A stretch of DNA of 64,000 bases from positions 92,666-156,665 of the forward strand of contig CAWDQF010000009.1 in NCBI GenBank assembly GCA_963804425.1, in the 5' to 3' direction. Positions within the stretch are counted from its first letter, which is position 1. Each line of letters begins with the position of its first letter. A program made the translations under genes and the position numbers. Below the pieces are notes generated by a model, which was given only the letters and a program-made list of their open reading frames with translations, ran no database searches and was not told the origin of the DNA. This document shows positions 32,001 through 44,000 of the stretch, one piece after another. The DNA is from an uncultured Verrucomicrobiae bacterium (GTDB lineage: Bacteria; Verrucomicrobiota; Verrucomicrobiia; Chthoniobacterales; JAFAMB01).

Positions 32001-35000
32001 ATTGCTCCAACCCACGATCAGTAAGTAGGGGGACGATAAATCCTTCAACGCTGTCCGATTCTCTAAGCTGGTCTAACTTCGGCGAGGATTTCTTAATATT
32101 ACCGGTGCTCATCCCAGGGACCTGAGCGCCTCGAAGCCAGTTTTTCACTGTGACAATGCATTCTCCAACATCCTGAGCAACAAACGCAATCCGCTCCTCG
32201 AGCGGTTCTCGGCCGACTTGGAGCGTGTATGCCAGGTTGCGCAGGAAGATGGAATCCTCTGACCGATCCGCCACCGAGTCGGCAGCACTCAGGTCAACCT
32301 TTTTTTCCAAGAAGGTCAGCAGATTGTTAGTCAGAGCTTTGAGTCGATCAAAGTTCTTCGCCGAAAGAACGATCAGCGCCGGTTCCCCGGTGACGCAAAT
32401 CGAGATGTCGGGTTCCGCGCCAATATACTCTTCCACGATCAAATGCGCGTTGGCACCACCCGCACCAAATGAACTAATCCCGGCCCGGCGCGGAATGATC
32501 CGGTCGCCCGCATGAAGTCGTTTCCAATCCTCCAGCCGTTGCTGCACTCGAAAGAAGGTTTCGCCAAACCGAATGTTCGGATTCAAGGCTTCAGCGTGCA
32601 GCGACGGAACCAGCTTCCTGTGCCTCAACTGCAGCAGCACTTTGGTCAATCCAGCAATCCCGGCAGCCGACTCGCTGTGGCCAATGTTCGATTTCACCGA
32701 TCCGATTCCGCAGAACTGGCCAACTGCATCTGGAAGTTCCAAGCGTTCCGGATCTTCCTTGATCACCTCAGAAAAGGCTTGCTGCAACCCAGCGATTTCA
32801 ATGGGATCACCGAGTACCGTGCCGGTGCCATGCGCTTCGATGTAAGAAATTGTTCGCGGATCGATTTTCGCCCGTCGGAGAGTGTCGAGAATCACTTCGG
32901 TTTGCGACTTCGAATTCGGAACGGTGTAACCGTTCGTCTTTCCACCATGGTTCAACGAACTGGCCTTGATCACTCCATGGATCGGATCCCCATCAGCTAT
33001 CGCCTTCCCCAACGGTTTCAAGAGTACCGCTCCGACACCTTCGCCAGGGACATAACCGGTGCCGCCTTCACCGAATGTCCGGCACCGTCCATCCACCGCC
33101 GAGAACCCGCTCTGGCTCAATACAATATCCTTTTCAGGATGAATCGTGGCGTTCACGCCGCCGGCTACCGCTAGTTCGCATTCGCTCCGTTTCAAGCTCT
33201 CGCAAGCCAGGTGAATCGACGTGAGCGACGACGAACACATGGTGTCAATGGCGAGGCTCGGACCGTGCCAGTTGAAGAAATAGGAAACGCGATTCGCAAC
33301 CGTGGCGAAAGACGAGCTCAATGCGACCGGATTCCCTTTGAGTCGTTCTTCAACGCCCAGCAGTTGATAGTGCCCGTACATTACGCCCACGAACACGCCA
33401 ACCTTGCGATCGTTCAGGGCTATCTTGCTGTACCCAGCGTCTTCGACGGTCTTCCACACCGCCTCCAGAAAGAGGCGCTCCTGCGGATCCATGAACTGCG
33501 CCTCACGCGGCGAAATGTTGAAGAAAAGCGGATCGAATTTGTCGACATCGCGAAGAAAACCACCCCACTTATTGTTCGTCTTTCCGAGTACGCCGGCTTC
33601 TGGCGAATAATGCGCGCGGTAGTCCCAACGGTCTGACGGAACCTCTTCAATCGAGTCTTTTCCCTTTGCTAGGTTCTCCCAGAACTCCTCTAGATCGTCA
33701 GCCTGCGGATAACGACCAAAGACCCCGATAATCGCGATGTCGTCCGATCGCGGATCAACGACACGCGCGGGATCGATTGCCTCGTTCACCGGCGTCGCCA
33801 AGAATCGTCTGTCCGGGTTGATCGGCGAGAGTTCCGATTGAACAGGGTCCGAAACCGCGCTGAACCCGAGCAAGCCTTGAAGAGCCGTCGAGTGCTCGTT
33901 CACGAGAAAATTGGCCAGCGCGTCGAGCGACGGATATTCGAACAGAAGCGTCTTCGAGAGTTCACCCAGATCATGCTCCAACATTTGCGCGAACGTCGTA
34001 ATCATCACGGAATCAATCCCGTAATTTTCGACTGGTTCGTCCGGATGAATTTGGGCCAGCGGCAACTTGGTCAGCTCGGAAAATCGTTGAACGAGATATT
34101 CGACTACTTGTCGCCGCTCAATTCTCTGTGAGCGTGGCTGAATCAGATCGTTTCCGGTACGGAGGCCGGCCTCAGGCAGGACTGCGGCTCGGCGGGAGCC
34201 TCGCCCTACCGAATCTGCGTCGCGGTCGGGCCGGGCTGCGTTCACCCGGCGAACTCGGATGTCGGTGAGCCGGGCTACCACCGCCCCTTCGGCATCCGTC
34301 AATGTGACATTGTAACTGCAAAAATCACCGATCTCCCCCTTCGCTTTCCCATAGGCGAAACAGTGCTGTGGAACAGACCGGTAGCAATCTACTGAGGCAA
34401 CCGCGAACGGAATTTGCAGGGCATCGGTGCCCACCGCAATCGCGGCCAGACTCTGCAAAGCACCGTCGAGAAGCGCAGGATGGAGACGGTAAGAGTCTGG
34501 CCAATGCTCGGGCACTAACTCCATCTCACTGCAGACCTCGGCGTTTCCTTTCCGGATCTGCCTAATAACTCGAAAAGCCGGGCCATATTCCAGACCGCGA
34601 GCAGCGAAATCAGCATACAACTGATCCGGAGATAGAGCCTGCGGGCATCGAGCAAGAATCGCTGCGAGATCGAGCGTTTCCGGTTCAAGAGGCTGAATCG
34701 GTTCCGCTTTACCGCTGACACATACGGCACCTTGTGTGTCGCGGATTTCAAAATCGAGCCGACCATCTGCACGAGGCCGCATCAACAAACGGGTTGTGAC
34801 ATCACTTGCATCGCAGATGAGCGGGTGGGTCCAAAGAAGGTTCAGTAATCGGACGTTTTCTTGCTCCAGCGCCAAGCCGACGCCGGCAAGTGCCAGCTCC
34901 ACGCTAGCAGCACCTGGGAGCAGCCTTTGACCGTTCACTAAATGATCTCGCAATACGGCTTCGTTCGCAGCGAGACGACTCGCGTAAGCCTGGACTCGAA

Positions 35001-38000
35001 GCGTCGATTCGTTGCGATGCACCAGCGGATGCAACCGAGAAGCGCTCAGACCGGTCCCTGTCTCGGCAAACGCTGGTACCCAATATCGTTCCCGGAGAAA
35101 TGGATACCCGGGCAGGCTCACTCTGCGCACCTGCTTATTAGTCCAAAGATGTTCCCATTCGATTTCAACGCCGGTAACCCATAGTTGCGCGAGTTTCGTC
35201 CATTGCCGTCGGTTGATCAGGCTCTCCAGAAATACCTGGCCTTCCTCTCCTTCAAGAACTGCGGCGGCACTCCGATCTTCCCGCATGTTCCCCCGGATAA
35301 ATTCAGCCGCCAGATCTTCGGAGAGAAATCGCTCCAGTCCATCGCGAAGCTCTGACTGAGAGTGAACAAGGAACGCCAAACGTTCTGGCAAAGCTTCGCG
35401 TCCGACCTGAAGCGTGTAGGCAATCTCACCGATGCTCGGGAAATCCGGTTCTGATTCCCGATTAGAAATCCAGGTAACCAGGGTTCGCGTCACGGCCTTT
35501 AGCCGGTCATCATTCACGGCTGAAAGCAAAATCAGGTATGGCAATCCTTCAGGCAGGCTTTCTGACACTCGCTGTTCGAGATATTCCTCGAGAATTAAAT
35601 GGGCGTTCGAGCCCCCGGCTCCAAACGAGCTGAGGCCCGCTCGACGCGGTAAGGTGAGTTCCTGCTCACCCTTGCCCAACTTGGCCGCGGGCCACGGAGA
35701 CAACATGCGCTGGACGGCAAACGGTGTCTCCGCAAAGGGTATATGCGCATTCAAAGTCTCCGCATGCAGACTCGGAACCAACGTTCGATGTCTGAACTGC
35801 AGAATCACCTTGATGAGACCAGCGACACCGGCGGCCGCCTCCAAATGGCCGATATTCGATTTCACCGAACCGATTGCACAAAAATTTTTGGCAGGCGGCC
35901 CCTCCCCAAGTACAGTGCTGTCACACTCGTTCATCACCGTCCGGAAGGCGTGAGTTAATCCGGTAACCTCTATCGGATCGCCCAGTGAGGTTCCGGTGCC
36001 GTGCGCCTCCAGGTAAGTAATTGCGCGTGGATCAATACCGGATTCGCGGATAGTGTCTGCTATCACCTGCGCTTGGGCGTGGGGATTCGGGACGGTGTAC
36101 CCGTTGGTTTTACCTCCGTGATTAATCCGGCTAGCCTTAATGATGGCGTGGATGGGATCGTGGTCAGCAACTGCTTTGGACAGCGACTTCAGCATTACGG
36201 CTGCAACCCCTTCCCCAGGCACATAGCCATCGCCGCCTGTGCCGAAGCTTTTGCACCGACCGTCCGTGGCAGCGAAGTTCCCCTGGGCAAGGCCAACGTC
36301 CCGGATCGGATGCAAGAGAAGATTCACGCCGCCAGCAATTGCCGAATCGCTTTCACCTTTGCGAATACTGTCACAGGCTAGATGAATGGCGGTCAGCGAC
36401 GACGAGCACATCGAATCGATGGCCATACTCGGCCCGGTCCAGTCGAAAAAGTAAGAGACTCGATTGGCAATCGAACCGTAGGATGAGCTGAGCGATAACA
36501 GCCGACCCGGCTCGGATCCTCCGAGCCCTAGGAGCTGGTACTGTCCGTACATTACCCCGACAAAGACTCCGATACGCTTTCGGCGCAGAGCCGAGCGCCG
36601 GTAGCCCGCCTCCTCAAGCGTCAGCCAGACCGCTTCAAGGAATAAGCGTTCCTGGGGATCCATCACTTCCGCTTCCCGAGGCAGAATTCGGAAGAAGGCC
36701 GGATCGAATTTGTCGACGTCTCGCAGAAACCCGCCCCACTTATTATAGGTCTTGCCGGGTTCGCTCGGTTTCGCTGAAAAATAGCGCCCGTAGTCCCAGC
36801 GGTCCTTCGGCACCTCGACAATACAATCTCGTCCTTTTACCAGGTTTTCCCAAAATTCAGCGGGATTATCGGCCATGGGAAATCGTCCGAATAATCCGAT
36901 GACGGCGATATCTTTGGTACCACCGACGATAGGATGCGACCCCACCGGATATGGCGAATCGCGCTCGATTTGACGGCTGACTGGCTCGCCTTGCGTGCTC
37001 AACTCGGTTGCGTGTTGCTGGCCAAGCAACTCGCGAAGTCGCTGTTGATGCTGTTCAACAAAGTGACGGCCGAGCGTTTCGAGCGTCTGATATTCGAACA
37101 ATAGCGTTTTCGAGAGTGGCCCAAAATCGCGCTCCAGGTGCTGCGTGAAGGTCATGACCAGGATCGAATCAATCCCATATTTCTCCAGCGGCTCATGCGC
37201 GTGGATTCGGTCGACTGGAATTTTGGTTAACTGCGAGAAGCACACCTTCAAGAAACCTATCGCGTCAACATTTGAAATGGCATCTTTGGTTTCAGGCAGC
37301 GGTTCTGGTGCGGCGGCATGGGTGCCCGCTGTTTGCTCGGAAGAATCCGCCAACACCAGCCCGGCAATTTGCGGCTCACCGGCCAGGAGCGACGTTTCAA
37401 ATATCTTGAGCCCGGTTGACACTTCCAGCGGCAACAAACGTTGGCTGTGGACCGGCAAGAGATCCGCCGGCTTCATTCCTCCCTCTGCCCAAAGCGGCCA
37501 ATTGATTGAGACAGTGGTACCGAGCCTCTTGCCTTCGCGCACCAGGGTTTGGCGCCGGCGCGCAAAAGCGTCCAGGAATGCGTTGGCGTAAGCGTAATCG
37601 GCCTGGCCGATATTTCCGGCGAGGCCGGCAATCGACGAGAACAAGACAAAACAATCCAGTCGATCGTTCGCGGTCAATTCGTCGAGGCAAAGGGCGCCGT
37701 TAATCTTTGGCGCGAGCACCGCTTGCGCGTCATCCGGGCGCTTGTTCCATAACAGCGCGTCGCGTATCACGCCCGCCGCATGAATGATTCCGTGAATTGC
37801 GCCAAACTGAGTCTTGGCGGCTTCTATGCAACGAGCCACGTCTTCACGACGACTGACATCGGCCCGAACCGATAACACTGTGGAGCCGTTCTGCTCCCAT
37901 TCCTGAAAACGAGCCAGCGAGGATTCGTTTGGCGGTGAACGACTAATCAAAACTACTTTGGCTTGAAAATTCTTCGTGAGATATTGAGCAAGAATCTGTC

Positions 38001-41000
38001 CCAAAACGCCGTTACCACCGGTGATCAGGTAGACACCCCCTTTTCGGAGGGGCGATTGACCAGCTGTCTGCGGTGTAAACGACTCAGGAGCGCACACCTC
38101 CCGGCTGCAATCGGATCGTCGGACCTCAAAATCGGCGTCTGTGGACCTTAATTCGTCCAGCACGGCCTTTACGTCGCCACCGGCGAGCGTCTTGAGACGT
38201 AACTTGGGCTGCTCCTGCCGCAGCGTCCGAGCAAACGCGTGCATGGCCTCAGCGGCTAGTCCTCCAGTCAGATTAGAGTGAAACAGGATCGGTAAATCCT
38301 TGGTCAGGCCTCCTCTGAGCAATGACCTGGTCAATCGGATCATCGAACCAAATCCAAGTTCCAATGCCGCTAGGTGGCTCAGCTCGGGCCATAACCAACG
38401 ATGGATGATGCAATCAGGTGATATCTCTCGAACAAGCCGCTCGTAATCTTCGTCTCGATCCGGCCGCAGATAAACGCTGTTCTCCGTCCTCTGATAGTGT
38501 TCGCCTGCTATCGCCCGGACGATTTCCAATCCGCAATCGTGACCACGAAGCTCGCGGAAAAACTCCTCGTCCTGATCGAGCAACAAGAGTTTTCCGCGCA
38601 AACCGGCGGCTGGCCCCAAAGAGAGGGGCCGAGGCTTCCAGACAGGGCGCAAATAGGTCACCCGCTGCGAAGCGGCGTTTACGACCCGGACCGTAAAATC
38701 ATCGGCCACCATCTGCTGCCGCCCGTTCGCATCCAACAACGCAACCCGGAACTTCCTTACCTCGCCGCGTTCCTCCGTTAACTCGACGTGGGCATAACAA
38801 GGCGATTCGATCGGGCCGAAACGAAGACGACCGACTGAAAAAGGTAAAACGTTTCCACCATTTGGCTGCAAGGCGGCAACGGATTGAAACGCTGCGTCGA
38901 GCAGATTCGCCGGAAATGCCAGTTCGGAGATCTCGGGTTCGCCGCCCCAATTCCGGAGCGAGCTCAGAGCTTCCCGAGAACCACACCTCATCCCGTCAAT
39001 GATTCGGAAACTCCTGCCGTAAAGGAGTCCACCGGCTGCGAATCGTCCGTAAAGCTCGTCCGCTGAGATGTGTCGATCACACCGCTCTTTCACCGCGTTC
39101 AGATCAATGACCGTAGGAATGAATGCGGTATCGATCCGAGCGAAGCCGGCGGCATATACCGTCTCGTCGTCTGAAGCGGCAACGACATCGATCCGGATTG
39201 CTTGGCTTTCCAAGCGGAAGCGTACCCGAATGCCGGTCGCGTTCCGGACAACCAATGGGCGGAGCCAGACCACTTCATCCAACTCCACCGCCTCGCCAGG
39301 AATGACATCCTGAACAGCTTTCGCTATCAAGCCCAGTACCGCTGCGGCCGGGAGCACTGGATCCCGATCTACCTGGTGCTCCCGGAGGAACAGCATTTCC
39401 GGATCAAGCCGAATGGCGACGACGCGGCCGTCGATGGTTGGCCGTTCGGATGGCCTAACTGACTCGCGTGCGCCGCCGACCAATAACTGAGTCGGCCCCT
39501 TGACGGCCGACGGAACCCAACAACGCTCCCGCGCGAAGGGATAGGCCGGTAGTGGCACGCGTCTCGGAGGATGCTCCTGGTAAAGAGTTGCCCAATCCAG
39601 ATCAGCTCCAAAAACCCAGGCGCGCGTCAGATCTTCCAACGCAGCTCGCGTCGAATGCTGGTCGTTTTGGCCTTCGCGCTTGGCAATCGTTGCGCGGTAA
39701 ACTCCGACATTAAGTTTACCCGCAAGAAATGCTTCCAGCTTGTCCCGGGCCTCCGTGAAACTAGACACAATGAAAGCAAGCCGTTCCTCCATCGGCTCTC
39801 TCCCTACCTGCAAAGTGTAAGCTACGTTGCGAAGCGAGTATGGCTTCGGATCATCATTTGCTGAGACCGATTCAAGGAATCTATTTAAATCTTCCGCACG
39901 TTGGCGCAACGCTTCGTCCGTCTTGGCGGAAAGCAAAATCGCACAGCGTTGGCGGCTACTGCCAAAGCCAGGCTGGGCTGACGGCTGGACGAACTCCTGT
40001 ACGAGAACGTGCGCATTCGTACCGCTATACCCGAACGAGCTAACGGCCGCCAAACGTGGCCGCCTTTCCCGTTCCGTCCACGATCGGAGCCCCGTGTTCA
40101 CAAAAAACGGCGTCGTTTCAAACGCGATGTGCTCGTTCGGCTTTTCGAAATGAATCGACGGCGGGATCTGCCGATGCTTCAAGGCCAGAAGCACTTTGAT
40201 CAAACCGACCAAGCCGGCGGCAAATGATGTGTGTCCAATGTTGGACTTCACCGATCCGATCGCGCAAAATTGTTTCCGATCAGTAAAATGACGAAATGCG
40301 TCGGTCAGCCCGCGGATTTCGACCGGATCACCGAGCAAGGTCCCAGTGCCATGGGTTTCGACGTAGCCGATTTCTGCCGGGTCAACCTTTGCCCGTGTGC
40401 AAACTTCTTTCACGAGTTCAGCCTGGGAAATTGCACTCGGAGCGGTGATACCGTTCGTCTTACCATCCTGGTTAACGCCTGACCCTCTGATTACTCCATA
40501 GATGTGATCCCGGTCGTGAATCGCTGCCGTCAGCGGCTTCACCACCACGGCAGCAGCGCCTTCGCTCAGCGCGATGCCATCGGCTCTTTGGTCAAAAGGC
40601 CGGCATCGGCCAAACGGAGAAAGCATCTGCAGTTTGCTCGTAGTGATGATTTGATCGGCGTCCAGGATCAGATTGATGCCTCCAACCAGAGCCATCTCGC
40701 AATCGGCCGCCTGAATGCTGCGGCACGCCTGGTGAAGCGCGACCAAAGAAGAAGAGCAAGCAGTATCGATCGAAATGCTTGGCCCCTTCAGATTCAGAAG
40801 ATAAGAAACTCGGGCCGCAAGGATCGAAGGGGTGAGCCCCATCCCAGCAAACGCAGACTGGGACAGAGCTGGGTTCTCACGACGAAGAACTGCCCCGTAG
40901 TCACCGACCGCAGCTCCGACAAACACGCCACATTTCTTGTTGGCCAATGATTTAGGCGAGTAGCCCGCGTCCTCGAACGCTTTCCAGGCTTCTTCCAGAA

Positions 41001-44000
41001 AAATTCTCTGCTGCGGATCCATTACCTCAGCTTCCGCATGCGACAGGTTGAAGAAAAGCGGGTCAAACCTGTCGACAGCGTCTATAAACCCTCCCCACCG
41101 GCAGTAAGTCTTGCCCTCTGCGCTGGGATTCGGATCGAATACTGAATCAATGTCCCAGCGCTCGGGAGGGACCTCAGTCACGCTATCCCGGCCGGTAGCT
41201 AAGTTCCGCCAAAAGGTATCGGCATTCTGAGCGCCAGGGACCCGGCACGAGATTCCAATAATCGCCATCTCCAGTTCGAAAGGTTGAGTGTGCGCGGGCG
41301 TGGCTGTCGTTGGTTCGGCCAACGCGCCAGTCTTTGGCGACTCTTCTTCGTTCGCTTGGATTTTCTCCGGAGTTGGTCGACCAGCATCGACCGGCGTATC
41401 CGCATCTTCGTCTGGTATATGCAGCTGGATCTTGGAAGGCGACTTCACTGCTGCAGGCATCCCCCGATTCGAGCCGCCCAACCCTCGCGGTTCCGGGCTT
41501 ACTGATACTATCCCATTTCGCCCAACCAAATCGACGATATGAGCACTGAGCGCTTCGAAGTGAACATAGTCGTAAACGATCGACGCATCGAGATGAAGGC
41601 CGAATCGCCGGTTCACACTGTGAATGAATTCGACACCCGAGACTGAATCGAGGCCGAGATCGCGAAAGCTGGCCACCGGATTCAGCGCGTCACGCTCGAG
41701 GTGTAAGGTCTCGCATAATTGGGTCGCCAGGTAAGCTCTTACCTCTTCGGCAGGTGCCGCGACGGTCAACACCAAGGGAGATCCCACCAGATCCGTTAAA
41801 ACTGGAAGAGGTTTCTCCGCAGGAGAATGGGATTCGATATCGGGATCTTTCAGAATCTCCCCAGCTCCCAAAGCTTTTAGCCGGATCCGTTCGTTAGTAG
41901 AAACAACCGGTTTGGTGGGAATGGGCGGCGCAGTCGGTTGCTCAGCCGGCCCCGATTCTTGCGAACCTCGGTCTCGAATGAATTGGTTAATTCGCCGCTT
42001 CACTTCGGGATGGCCGAACGTTTCCGCATGCATCCGCAACTCTTCCTCAAGAATGCCAGGTAGTTGCTCCAGCGTCCGCCGGGCCAGCGACGCTTTGAGA
42101 ATCGAAAGCGTATGTGACGGTTTTTCGCTCAGCGCACGAGCGATTCTGAGTGCTTCCGCAAGAACTTCAGCCTGCGGTTTGATCGTTACATTCGCACCAC
42201 GCCGCAACAACTCGCTCCCGCGATACGTGCCGGCGGTCATCATCATCTCGGCCGCGAGCGCATCTCCAAGTTTATCCCGCAGAATGAACGTCGCTCCTAG
42301 ACCAGGGGTAAAGCCGTACTTGGTAAAAACGGCGCTATACAGTGCCTCTTCGGCCATCACGACCAAATCGGCATACAGGCCGAATACCAAACCTCCTCCT
42401 GCGGCGTGACCCTGTATTCCGGCGATAACTGGAACTCGGCACTGCAGGAACCCTTTAAAGATAAACTCGAGATCCGCAAATGTACGGACTTGATTGGAGA
42501 GGGTGAGTAACTCATCGCGCGTCCCGCCCATCGAGAATACGTTATCGTAGCCAGTGACTACCGCCGTTTTGATGGCTTCGTCCTGCTCGATCTCAGCAAA
42601 GCAGGCCATCAGCCCGTGGAGGATCCCTTCGGTAAACATATTGCGGTTCGCCCGGTCCTGCATTCGAACTAACGCAATACCTTCCTCAGTGATTTCCAAT
42701 TCAACCTGGGCGGTGCGATTGAATTGCTGGACGGAAGCCATCCAATGGCTCGGTCTTTTCTCGGCGGATCTTGGATCTCCTAAAATCGGCTCAGGAATAA
42801 CGCTTTCGTTGGAGCTCTGATTCTCCTGAAAACTCCCGTACCAATAGCGCTTCCCGAAAAAAGCATAACCCGGCAACGAAACACGAGGCGGCGCGATCGA
42901 ATAAAGTGCGCGCCAGTCAATCTGCCCTCCCGAGATCCAGGAATCTGCCAATTGCTCAAGTTCAGATCGGCCCAACTTGTTTCTTAGATGGCTCCAGCCG
43001 GTCTCGCTCGGATTACGGCATGGTCTCATGCCAATCCGGCCGCAAGCGACCCCAACTGCGCGCGTTCCATCCTGGACGAATGCCTGCAGACGAGACCGCA
43101 GTTCGTCCAGGTTTCCGACAACGATCGTCAGCCTTTCCTCCATCGGTTCTCGAGCAACCTGCAACGTGTAAGCGATTGAACTCAGGTCACCAATGATCTC
43201 CGGATCTTCGACCCGAAGATAGTTGAGCAGTTTTGCGGCGGATTGTTTGAGTTGCGGCTCGCCTTTGGCTGACAAAACAATGAGTGCGGGCTGTTCTGAT
43301 GAATCCGGCGAGTCGCGACGCCCAAGCTTAGCGGCGTACTCCTCAACAATGAGATGGGCGTTGGATCCACCGGCCCCGAACGAACTCAATCCAGCGCGCC
43401 GAGGCTGCAACTGTCCATCTAACGTCATTCGCGCCCAATCGCTGAGGCCTTGCTGCAATCGGAATGGCGTCCGCGAAAAATCGATATCCGGACTCACCGG
43501 ATCACCGTGGAGCGATGACACCAATTTGCGGTAACGCAGTTGCAAAAGGATCTTGATTAGGCCCGCTACACCTGCTGCCGCTTCGAGATGACCGATATTC
43601 GCCTTTACCGAACCCAGAGCGCACCACTGAGTCGCGACAGGTAAGTCTTTTCCCAATCTATCGCGACTTGCTTCCGCAAACGCTTTGGTTAGACCATCGA
43701 TTTCGATCGGGTCGCCGAGAGCAGTCCCAGTTCCATGCGCTTCGATATAACTTATCCCACGCGGATCCAAGTTAGCTTGCCGAAGAGTCTTGGCGATCAC
43801 CGCTGCCTGAGCAGCCGGATTCGGAACACTAAAACCGTTCGTTCGGCCGCCATGGTTTATGGCCGACGCTTTGATCACCCCGTAGATGTGATCACCATCC
43901 AGTTCCGCTTGGTCCAACGGTTTAAGAACGACAACACCGACACCTTCGCCGGGCACATAGCCGTCGGCCTGAGCCCCAAAGCTGCGGCATTGTCCCGTCC

